IMG/VR virus record: IMGVR_UViG_3300015209_000001
Span: 1-46,533 of that record
Direction: 5' to 3' (one strand)
Source of the DNA: a virus
DNA length: 46,533 bases
Below the pieces are notes generated by a model that saw only the letters and a list, made by a program, of their open reading frames with translations, was not told where the DNA came from and searched no databases. Within the stretch, counting starts at the first letter, position 1, and the number at the start of each line of letters is the position of its first letter. The translations under genes and the position numbers were made by a program. Shown one piece after another: positions 1 to 7,463 of the stretch.

Positions 1-99
1 CGGCGCCGCCTTCCCCGCGGTGGGAGTCGACCCCACCCCCAACGGCGTGAGCATCGAGGCGTGGTCGAAGCGTTCCAACAGCGACCTCTCCGCTCCCTC
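1..99. repeat. Terminal direct repeat, identical to 46435-46533 (circular-contig overlap or terminal redundancy)
   Basis: Read directly. Both copies run cggcgccgccttccccgcggtgggag...gacctctccgctccctc with no mismatch. Confidence 0.95.
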
Positions 100-346
100 A
101 GGGGCCGGGTTCTACCGCTGGATCGTCCCTCGTGCCTACTTCCAGGGCGGCCCCAAGACGCTGGAGAACGGCCCCATGACCCATGCCTTCACCGGCTTCG
201 GGATCGAGAACACCGGCTTCGGCAACGGGCCGGCCAACGACGTCCCCGTCACCCATCCCTCCTCCCGCGCCTTCTCGTGGTACGCCGACTCCACCACGCC
301 TCCGGCAGCGGTCACGGGATACTCACAAATCCCCGTGCAGTCGTAG
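1..346 (+). CDS. 3' part of the wrap-around structural gene that starts at 46121; possible tail-tube/major-tail-like protein (function uncertain)
   Basis: The reading frame is continuous across the 99-nt overlap and stops at TAG 344-346. The closed-circle product is about 220 aa, beta-rich, with no TM segment. No tube gene lies before the tail chaperones, so this is the best remaining candidate. Confidence 0.6.
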   Translation, partial: GAAFPAVGVDPTPNGVSIEAWSKRSNSDLSAPSGAGFYRWIVPRAYFQGGPKTLENGPMTHAFTGFGIENTGFGNGPANDVPVTHPSSRAFSWYADSTTPPAAVTGYSQIPVQS

Positions 347-348
347 CC

Positions 349-621
349 GTGGCGCCCACCCGCATCATCTTCGGCAACTCGGCTCCCCACGAAAAGAGCG
401 TGGATGGCGAGTCCTTCGACCCGATCGACATCCAGGACGCCTCCACCACGGTGGTCGTGCCCGAGGGCGTGGGTATCGCCGATGCACTGGTCGCGGTGGT
501 GGACCTGTGGCCGTCGCACTCCTCGGCCCCGCCCGAGTGGGTGTCGTCGTCCTCGCAGTCCCTCGCTGACCTGCTGGGCGAGCACTTCGGCTGTCCCGTG
601 CACCCCTACGAGGAGGACTGA
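349..621 (+). CDS. hypothetical virion-module protein (90 aa)
   Basis: GTG start 2 nt after the upstream stop. Codon third positions are almost all G/C. No recognisable motif. Confidence 0.5.
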   Translation: MAPTRIIFGNSAPHEKSVDGESFDPIDIQDASTTVVVPEGVGIADALVAVVDLWPSHSSAPPEWVSSSSQSLADLLGEHFGCPVHPYEED

Positions 622-624
622 GCC

Positions 625-1023
625 TTGTTGGTCAACGCAGGACGGGACTACGCCAGCAGGCTTCTGGGTGACGTGTCCCTGGCCACCCGGCCGGCGGCGG
701 ACTACCTCGCCCTGTCCGAGGACGCCACCGCACCAGCGCAGACCGACACCTCCCTGACGGCCGAGATCACCGCCGCAGCCAACGTCGGGCTGTCGCGCTC
801 GGAGGCGACCTTCGCCCATACGACCGCGGCCACCACCTACACCCTGACCAAGACCTTCACCTCCTCGGTCGGATCGCCCGCGGCCACGATCCGCAAGGTG
901 GCGGTGCTCAACGCCGTCACCGCTGGCGTGATGGTGTTCGAGTCGCTGCTGGCCTCGCCCCCGACGCTCCAGCCTGGTGACAGCCTGACCATCACCGAGA
1001 CCGTGTCGGTCGTCTGCCCGTAG
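625..1023 (+). CDS. small beta-sandwich-type virion protein (132 aa)
   Basis: TTG start with AGGAGGA 8 nt upstream. The pattern LVNAGRDY..LALSEDATAP..TDTSLTAEI..LQPGDSLTITETV resembles a small structural family found beside phage fibre genes (recalled, not searched). Confidence 0.5.
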   Translation: MLVNAGRDYASRLLGDVSLATRPAADYLALSEDATAPAQTDTSLTAEITAAANVGLSRSEATFAHTTAATTYTLTKTFTSSVGSPAATIRKVAVLNAVTAGVMVFESLLASPPTLQPGDSLTITETVSVVCP

Positions 1024-1025
1024 GG

Positions 1026-2294
1026 GTGGACGCGCCTGTTCGCTACCTGCGCTCGGTAGACGCCGCCTTTCGGCCCGGGCCCACCGGCAACATGAAGGCG
1101 GCCAGCACCACCGTCAACGCCACCTTCACGGCCACCACAATCGCCCGCTACGCCAGTGGCGAGAGCGGGTACCGCCGGCTGGTCCCCCTCACTGCCAACG
1201 CCACGGTCACTCCTCCCCCAGCGGCCAACGGCGCGGCGGCCAACATCGGGTGGCGAGACGAGAGCTACACCCGCGTCGGGCAGAATCTCCAGCCGGTGAA
1301 GTTCACCGGGACGTGGACGTTCAGCCTCCAACAGCAACTCCAGGTCGCCCTGGCCGACATCGCCGCCAACTTCACCGTCGTCGTCTACGCCGTCTCGGCG
1401 ACCAACGGAACCCGTGAGCTGTTCCGGGCCACGCTCGCCAGCGTCTCCACCATCCTCGTCGCTACGAGAACGATCACCGCCGCTCCCGGTACGATCACCC
1501 TCGCCGCGGATGAGATCGTGCAGTACGAGTTCTACGTCGAGACCACCGCTGCCGCGGTTCCCGCGTCGGCAGCCGACATCGTGGTGTTCCTGGGCACCGA
1601 CGCCACGCATCCCAACGCCAGCCAGCTCGATCCCCCCGACGCAGCCCTGACCGCTACGGCAGGGATCGCAGAGCAGGTCGGGCCCGTTGACGTGGTGTCG
1701 CGGGGGATCAACTCGACGCGCGCCGTGCCCGAGTCCGCCGGGCCCGTCGGGTCGTTGTCCGCGACCCTTTCCTATGCCCGTCCTATCGCCGACGCGGTGG
1801 GCCCTGTTGCTACGCCGTCGTCGGCCGTGGCCTACTCGCGTCCGGTGGCCGAGCAGGTCGGCCTCACCGACACGCCGAGGATGGCGCTGGTCTACCCGCG
1901 TTCGGTTACCGAGGCCACCGGCCCCAACGGCACGGTGTCGATCTCTCTGGCCTACCCCCGCGCCGTGGCCGAGGCCGCCGGCCTGGTGGACACGACCCGC
2001 GCCGTGCCCCGCTTCTCCCGCACAGCCTCGGATGCCGTCGGCCCCCTCGACCTGCCCTCAGTTCGCAGGGACAGCTACGTCCGGGGGTCCTCTGAGTCGG
2101 TGGGGATCGTGGCAACGGTGTCCTCCTCCTACGTGGAGGGCCCCAGCGACTCGCCGGCCTGCATCTCCGCCTCCGTCGCCGCCCTGTCGGGGATCGGTGT
2201 CACGGTGGCGCCCCCTACCATGATCGGCGTGAGCGTGAGTGCGGTGACCGTCGTTACCGCCAGCGTCGGGCCCTGCCCCTCGGACTGCTCATGA
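1026..2294 (+). CDS. structural protein with eight tandem ~20-aa repeats (422 aa)
   Basis: GTG start. The N-terminal half is beta-rich. Residues 211-370 form repeats of type xRxVxExxGPxDxxxxxxxxY. The C-terminus is hydrophobic and Val/Ser-rich. Confidence 0.65.
   Translation: MDAPVRYLRSVDAAFRPGPTGNMKAASTTVNATFTATTIARYASGESGYRRLVPLTANATVTPPPAANGAAANIGWRDESYTRVGQNLQPVKFTGTWTFSLQQQLQVALADIAANFTVVVYAVSATNGTRELFRATLASVSTILVATRTITAAPGTITLAADEIVQYEFYVETTAAAVPASAADIVVFLGTDATHPNASQLDPPDAALTATAGIAEQVGPVDVVSRGINSTRAVPESAGPVGSLSATLSYARPIADAVGPVATPSSAVAYSRPVAEQVGLTDTPRMALVYPRSVTEATGPNGTVSISLAYPRAVAEAAGLVDTTRAVPRFSRTASDAVGPLDLPSVRRDSYVRGSSESVGIVATVSSSYVEGPSDSPACISASVAALSGIGVTVAPPTMIGVSVSAVTVVTASVGPCPSDCS
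1656..2135 (+). repeat. Eight tandem degenerate 60-nt (20-aa) coding repeats
   Basis: Units read from the translation: TAGIAEQVGPVDVVSRGINS / TRAVPESAGPVGSLSATLSY / ARPIADAVGPVATPSSAVAY / SRPVAEQVGLTDTPRMALVY / PRSVTEATGPNGTVSISLAY / PRAVAEAAGLVDTTRAVPRF / SRTASDAVGPLDLPSVRRDSY / VRGSSESVGIVATVSSSYV. Confidence 0.8.
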
Positions 2295-2560
2295 TCATCG
2301 GAGAGGTGGCCAGGATCGCCGTGAAGGTCACCAACGCCGCCGCCGCTCCCATCACCCCAACCTCCGTGCGCGTGTGGGTACGCCGCCCCTCCGCCGCGGT
2401 GACTGAGGTGGCCGTGACCGCGGACCTCGGAGCCGGGGCCTACCACGCGGATGTGGACGTGGATCAGGCGGGCCAGTGGGGCTACCGCATCCAAACGACC
2501 ACACCCAAGGGGGCGCACGAGGGACGGTTCGTGGTTCGACCTCAGGAGGTCTTCGTGTGA
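2291..2560 (+). CDS. small Ig-like/beta-sandwich protein (89 aa)
   Basis: ATGA overlap with the upstream stop. The pattern VKVTN..PITPTSVRVWV..GAYHADVDVDQAGQWGYRI..GRFVV is typical of Ig-like decoration or fibre-accessory domains. Confidence 0.55.
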   Translation: MIIGEVARIAVKVTNAAAAPITPTSVRVWVRRPSAAVTEVAVTADLGAGAYHADVDVDQAGQWGYRIQTTTPKGAHEGRFVVRPQEVFV

Positions 2561-4920
2561 CTTGGCCCACCGCTGCGCCCTTCTCTGCCGAGGCGATCCT
2601 TCGCTCATCCGGCACCACCCTGACCTTCGCTGCCTTCACTCCGGTGATGATCCGCACCGAGGCCGGCGCTGCCGCGACGCTGTGGTCGAACCCCACTCGC
2701 ACCGACCCCCAGCCGAACCCCGTGGTCACCGGCCCAACGGGCAACCTGGCCGGGTTCTACCTGGACGAGCCGGGAACCTACCTGCTGGTCCCTCTGATCG
2801 GGGGAGTAGAGGGCACGGGGGTTCGAGTGGTGGTGCCGCCGGCAACCGCCGACCTGGTGCCTGTGCTTACCACCGCAGCGGGCCTCGCCGCCGAGGTAGT
2901 GGCGCGAGCCGACGCCGACGCCCTGCTCATCCCCCTCGCCCAGAAGGGAGCGGCGAATGGGGTAGCTACCCTCGACGGAGGGGGCCTGGTCCCGGTTGGG
3001 CAACTCCCGGCCCTGGCCATCACCGACACCTTCCCCGTGAACTCCCAGGCGGCCATGCTCGCGCTCGTTGCCCAGCGAGGCGACGTGGCCGTCCGCTCCG
3101 ACCTCTCCAAGTCCTTCATCCTCGCCGCCGATCCTGCTTCCACCTTGGCGAACTGGCTGGAGTTGGCGACCCCTGTGGACGCGGTGCAATCGGTCAACGG
3201 CCGAGCAGGGGTGGTGTCCGGCCTGGCCGAGCAGACGGCGGTCACCGCGGAGGCGTCGGCCCGTACCGCCGCCGACGCCGCCCACGACGGCTCGGCGGCC
3301 GCACACCCTGGCACGTTTGTACCCGTTACCGCCGGTCGGCTGATCCAGCCGACCGGCGGTGCGACACTCGACGCTGAGGCCCGCCGCACCCTTGAGGACA
3401 TCATCGCCACCCTGAACCGCTCGGTGGTGAAACCATCTGCGACCTTCGCCCCGTCGAATGCGAAGAACATCGCCTACTGGTGGCGAGCCGACCGTGGGCA
3501 CTCGGCCACGGATGGCGGTGGGGTCAGTTCGTGGACTGACGTGGTGGGTGGCTTGGCGATGGTCCAGGCGACTGGGGCCGCCAAGCCTGTCTACCGTGCC
3601 GCATCTCCAGACATGGGCAACCAGCCCAGCATCGAGTTCGACGGGGTGGGGCAGTTCTTGGCCGCCCCGTCGATGCCTGCGGTGGCGCAGCCATTCACCG
3701 TCGTCGTGGTCGGCTGCTTCGACTCGTGGGACGAAACGGGCCAACGGATGTTGATGAACCTGTCCTACGGGTGGAACATCTCGAACTTCACGCAGTCGTT
3801 GTCGCAGTACGCAGGAGCGAACGTCGTGCTGTTGAACACCACGCCGGAGTTGAGCGGGCTCGTTCACGCCCTCCACGTTCACAGCGACGGCGCTTACACC
3901 CAGGGGCGTGTAGACGGTGTGGCCGGGGCTGTCGCTGCCGGAGCCGGAGCCGCCGGGATTACCGCAGGCCAACCGGGTGCTATCGGGACCCAATGGAACG
4001 GCGACACTTCCCTGTGCTTTCGGGGCCGCATCGCCCACGTCATCATCATGTCCAACACAGCCGCCCCTGGCTCGGTGACGGCTGGGGCGACGAAGTTCAC
4101 CGAGTCGATGTATCGCCAGACCGAGGATCAGGTGCAGGCCATCTACAGGACGGCCCGCTCGGTGCTCACCCAGCCGTACAAGGCGTCCACGGTTGCCATG
4201 TCGGATGGGCAGAACGCGACCATCTACGTTCCCGCCGACTACAGCGCAGCGGTTGGAGCGCCGCTTGTCCTATGGCACCACGGTTACGGCGGCACCAACA
4301 CCGACCCGTCGTCTAGCGCTGGTCCGCTCGCCTTGCTTTACGAGCTGATCGGTGCCGGGTGCATTGTCGCCTGCTCGAACGCCTCGGGCGACAACTGGGG
4401 CAACAACGCCTCTCTTGCCAACAACAAGGTTCTGTACGCCTACATGGTGGCGAACTACACCATCACCAAGACGTTCGGTGTCGGGTTGTCGATGGGCGCC
4501 CTCGACATGCTGCTGCTCGTCAACGACGGCACCATCCCCTACAAGGGTTGCGTCGGCATATGCCCTGCCACCAGCCTCGCCTACATGTACACGGCCTTCG
4601 GGGCGACCATCAACACCGCCTACAACATCCCTGGCGGTGGCTCCTACGCAACACAGACTGCGGGACACGACCCGAACTTGCTTGCTCTAGCGGGGGCGAA
4701 GTGGGCGATTCCGTTTCGGTTCTACGACGACTCAAGCGGCGACGGCACCACCCTTCCTTCCTCGAACGGCAGGGCCATGGCTACGAAGATCGTCGCTTCG
4801 GCGTTGTCGCCCGAAGCCCGTTTCGTGAACGCCGTGTTCGGCCACCTGGCGGTGTCGCAGTTCACCGACACCGCCGCCGATGTGCGCCGGTTCTTCGACA
4901 GGGCCATTTACGGGGTATGA
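2557..4920 (+). CDS. fibre-like multidomain protein: fibre motif + LamG/ConA-like lectin domain + C-terminal alpha/beta-hydrolase (esterase/lipase-type)
   Basis: GTG overlaps the upstream TGA (GTGA). Fibre motif AQKGAANGVATLDGGGLVPVGQLP. LamG-like segment SIEFDGVGQFL..FRGRIAHVIIMS. Hydrolase part LVLWHHGYGG with nucleophile elbow GLSMG (Ser codon 4489-4491) and a late His (FGHLAV). Confidence 0.75.
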   Translation: MTWPTAAPFSAEAILRSSGTTLTFAAFTPVMIRTEAGAAATLWSNPTRTDPQPNPVVTGPTGNLAGFYLDEPGTYLLVPLIGGVEGTGVRVVVPPATADLVPVLTTAAGLAAEVVARADADALLIPLAQKGAANGVATLDGGGLVPVGQLPALAITDTFPVNSQAAMLALVAQRGDVAVRSDLSKSFILAADPASTLANWLELATPVDAVQSVNGRAGVVSGLAEQTAVTAEASARTAADAAHDGSAAAHPGTFVPVTAGRLIQPTGGATLDAEARRTLEDIIATLNRSVVKPSATFAPSNAKNIAYWWRADRGHSATDGGGVSSWTDVVGGLAMVQATGAAKPVYRAASPDMGNQPSIEFDGVGQFLAAPSMPAVAQPFTVVVVGCFDSWDETGQRMLMNLSYGWNISNFTQSLSQYAGANVVLLNTTPELSGLVHALHVHSDGAYTQGRVDGVAGAVAAGAGAAGITAGQPGAIGTQWNGDTSLCFRGRIAHVIIMSNTAAPGSVTAGATKFTESMYRQTEDQVQAIYRTARSVLTQPYKASTVAMSDGQNATIYVPADYSAAVGAPLVLWHHGYGGTNTDPSSSAGPLALLYELIGAGCIVACSNASGDNWGNNASLANNKVLYAYMVANYTITKTFGVGLSMGALDMLLLVNDGTIPYKGCVGICPATSLAYMYTAFGATINTAYNIPGGGSYATQTAGHDPNLLALAGAKWAIPFRFYDDSSGDGTTLPSSNGRAMATKIVASALSPEARFVNAVFGHLAVSQFTDTAADVRRFFDRAIYGV

Positions 4921-5005
4921 GAAATCCCTCGCGCCGCTCCATGACCCCGCACAAAATGAACGGTTGTGTGCGGCTATCTGGCGGTCGATTGCGCCAGGCC
5001 ACGCC

Positions 5006-5752
5006 ATGAGCCCGATCGTCATCGACGGGGGGACCTCCGGCGGTCTGGACGAGTGGATCACCCCCGCCGACTTGCCGTGCTGCGATCCGGCGGACCCCCA
5101 GCCCGACTACGCCAAGGCCATCGACGTCGCCACGGTCATCCTCCACTCCTTCGCCGGAGGGCGCATCGGCACACAGACGGTCACCGTCCGCCCCTCCTGC
5201 CTGCCCACCTGTGACTGCCGCTTCCGCTGGGACGGGTCGCTCTACCGGGATCGCCCGTACGCGGGGTGCGCCTGCTCGCCCGCGGAGTGGAGGCTGCCCG
5301 GGCCGGTTGTCTCCGTCTCGATGGTCAAGGTGGACGGTGCGGTGATGACGGCATGGCAACTGGCCGGCTCGACGCTCGTCCGCACCGATGGGCGGAGTTG
5401 GCCCTGCTGCCAGAGCCTCTCTGTGGCGACGACGGAGCCGGGGACGTGGGAGGTCGTCTACGTCCGCGGGGTGGTCCCGGACAGCGCGGCCAAGGCCGCA
5501 GCCGCCGAGCTGGCGTGCGAGTTGGCGAAGGGCTGGAGCGGGAGCGGCGAGTGCCGGCTGCCCCAGCGCGTCACCACCATCACCCGCCAGGGCGTCACCG
5601 TGGCGCTCACCGATCCCATGGACCTGTTCGACAAGTCCCAGACCGGGCTCCCCCTGGTGGACCTGTGGCTGGCCGCGGTCAACCCGGCTCGTCTGCGGCG
5701 GCCTGCGAGCATCGCCTACCCTGGAGCACCGACGACGAGGAGGACGGCATAG
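5006..5752 (+). CDS. head-to-tail adaptor (connector) protein
   Basis: ATG at 5006. The signature ..TVTVRPSC..C.C..VKVDGAV..LVRTDGRSWPCCQ..CRLPQRVTTITRQGVTV..VDLWLAAVNP matches the Cys-rich actinophage adaptor family as I recall it. Confidence 0.55.
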   Translation: MSPIVIDGGTSGGLDEWITPADLPCCDPADPQPDYAKAIDVATVILHSFAGGRIGTQTVTVRPSCLPTCDCRFRWDGSLYRDRPYAGCACSPAEWRLPGPVVSVSMVKVDGAVMTAWQLAGSTLVRTDGRSWPCCQSLSVATTEPGTWEVVYVRGVVPDSAAKAAAAELACELAKGWSGSGECRLPQRVTTITRQGVTVALTDPMDLFDKSQTGLPLVDLWLAAVNPARLRRPASIAYPGAPTTRRTA

Positions 5753-5922
5753 TGCCCAAGCCCAGGACCCGCTCATACCGAGCCAAGGCCAACGTGGCTG
5801 TCGACGGCCACTTCTTCGTCTACGACGAGGTGAAAGAGGTGGAGGAGAGCGACGAGGCCAAGGCGATGGTGGAGGCGGGCCTGCTGGAGCTGGCGCACGC
5901 CGAAGTCTCCGAGGGTGGCTGA
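5752..5922 (+). CDS. small acidic protein (56 aa), paralog of 6364-6561
   Basis: GTG shares one base with the upstream TAG. It shares the pattern V.DG...VY.E..E.E..DE..A..AG.L.EL with the 6364 product. Confidence 0.45.
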   Translation: MPKPRTRSYRAKANVAVDGHFFVYDEVKEVEESDEAKAMVEAGLLELAHAEVSEGG

Positions 5923-6367
5923 CGCCCACAAGGCGGCGCTGGCCCTGCTGGGCGCGCTCCCCTCAGGGTTGCCGGCGCGGCGCTATGTCCTGAACAGCCC
6001 CCTGGCTGCTGCTGCCTTCGACTGTGAGGCGACCCTGGTGGCGGTGGAGCGGGTGTTCTCCGGGCTCCCCGGCGCAGAGTCGGCCACCCCCGCGTTCTGT
6101 CTGTCGCCTCGCTCGGCGGAGATGAGCGTGGCCGTGGTGCGCTGCGTCCCCACCGGCGGCAGCAACCCCCCCTCCGTCGCCGAGATGGCCGCTTCGGCGG
6201 CATCCCTGCTGGCGGACCTGGCTGTGCTGGAGTCGGCCGTGGTCGCCTCCGCTACCAACGGCACGGTGGCAGACGACCTCAGCGAGATCGTGATGGGCCG
6301 GGGCTACCTGCTGTCGCCCTCGGGAGGCTTCGGCGGCGCCGCCCTGAGCGTCACCGTCTCGCTGTGA
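5915..6367 (+). CDS. head-tail joining module protein (150 aa), function unassigned
   Basis: GTG start. Lies between the adaptor and the gp10-like neck protein. High third-position GC. Confidence 0.5.
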   Translation: MADAHKAALALLGALPSGLPARRYVLNSPLAAAAFDCEATLVAVERVFSGLPGAESATPAFCLSPRSAEMSVAVVRCVPTGGSNPPSVAEMAASAASLLADLAVLESAVVASATNGTVADDLSEIVMGRGYLLSPSGGFGGAALSVTVSL

Positions 6368-6561
6368 TTGTCCGCTCCGCCTCGAACACCTACGTCGATG
6401 GGCGCGCCCTGGTCTACGGCGAGATCGTGGAGCTGGAGCGCACCGACGAGGTAGAGGCGGGGCTGGTGGCGGGCAGGCTGGTGGAGTTGGACGAGGCCGG
6501 CGCTGCTGTGATGCGCTCAGCGCCCCCTCCTGCCACGCGTGGGGGCTGCTGCGGTGGTTAG
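6364..6561 (+). CDS. small acidic protein (65 aa), paralog of 5752-5922
   Basis: GTGA overlap with the upstream stop. Similar to the 5752 product (see that entry). Confidence 0.45.
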   Translation: MIVRSASNTYVDGRALVYGEIVELERTDEVEAGLVAGRLVELDEAGAAVMRSAPPPATRGGCCGG

Positions 6562-6976
6562 CGTCCGTCTGGACCCGGCCGCCCTGCGCTCGCTTCTGAG
6601 CGGCACTCAGGGGCCCGTCGCCCGGGTCCTGCTCGACGAGGGGCGCATCTTGACCAACGAGGCCAAGCAGGCGTGCCCGGTGGATGAGGGGCGGCTGCGG
6701 TCCTCCATCTCCTCCCGGCTGGTGCAGGGGCCGCGCGGGCTCGCCGTCGAGGTCGGCAGCGCGGTCAGTTACGCGCTGTTCGTCGAGGCAGGAACCAAGC
6801 CGCACTTCCCGCCAGTGGTCGCGCTGGGAGGGTGGGCGAGACGCCACGGTGGAGGTTCGGCGTTCACCGTGGCCCGGGCCATCTCGCTTCGCGGGACAAA
6901 GGCCCACCGCTACCTCGCCGGGCCTCTTGTGCGCCGCCACCCTGGCGCTCGCCTCCTCGTCACGTACCGCGACTAG
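6554..6976 (+). CDS. HK97 gp10-like neck/tail-completion protein
   Basis: CPVDEGRLRSSI...LAVEVGSAVSYALFVEAGT matches the gp10-like signature (..P.dTG.L..SI....v.vgs...YA..vE.G). An alternative GTG start lies at 6539. Confidence 0.6.
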   Translation: MVSVRLDPAALRSLLSGTQGPVARVLLDEGRILTNEAKQACPVDEGRLRSSISSRLVQGPRGLAVEVGSAVSYALFVEAGTKPHFPPVVALGGWARRHGGGSAFTVARAISLRGTKAHRYLAGPLVRRHPGARLLVTYRD

Positions 6977-7031
6977 GACAGCCACGGGCGCTCGCAAAGG
7001 CGCAGGTAGGGGCGATGTTTGGGGGAAGTGG

Positions 7032-7061
7032 TTGACTCACCTACCCTAACCGCGCTATGGT
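7032..7061 (+). promoter_or_regulatory. Strong promoter: TTGACT-N18-TATGGT, containing motif copy CTAACCGCGCTATGGT (7046-7061)
   Basis: -35 at 7032-7037 and -10 at 7056-7061. ATG at 7068 follows 6 nt after the -10, which predicts a leaderless mRNA. Confidence 0.65.
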
Positions 7062-7067
7062 GTGTCC

Positions 7068-7445
7068 ATGACCACCACAGACACCACCCGCCCCCGTACC
7101 TCCGCCGAGTGGAGCCGATGGGAGGAGGAGCGCCGGGGCATCATCCGCCCCCCCGAGACCACAGCGGCGGCCGAGGCGGCCAGCGTTGTTGGCGCCCTGC
7201 TCCGCGTTGCCGGCAGCCTGCTCGTGCTGTTCTTCATCGTCTCCGTGGCCTGGGGCTCCCTGCGCCCCGCCTCATCGACCCCCGCGCCCGTCACCCCTGC
7301 CTACGTCGCCGATTGCGACGTCATCAACGCCAGCCTGAACGACGCCGCGCAGGCTGCGGCCGACGCTCCCGACGCCGCGTCAGAGGCCCGAGCGTTCGGC
7401 GATGGCGTGGACGCGGCGGTGCAACAACAGGCCAACGGCTGCTGA
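7068..7445 (+). CDS. single-pass membrane protein (moron-like) inside the tail module
   Basis: Begins MTTTDTT. Hydrophobic helix VVGALLRVAGSLLVLFFIVSVAWG. High GC3. Has its own consensus promoter. Sits where a major tail protein would normally be. Confidence 0.65.
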   Translation: MTTTDTTRPRTSAEWSRWEEERRGIIRPPETTAAAEAASVVGALLRVAGSLLVLFFIVSVAWGSLRPASSTPAPVTPAYVADCDVINASLNDAAQAAADAPDAASEARAFGDGVDAAVQQQANGC

Positions 7446-7463
7446 GGTCTACGCTGGGGAATC

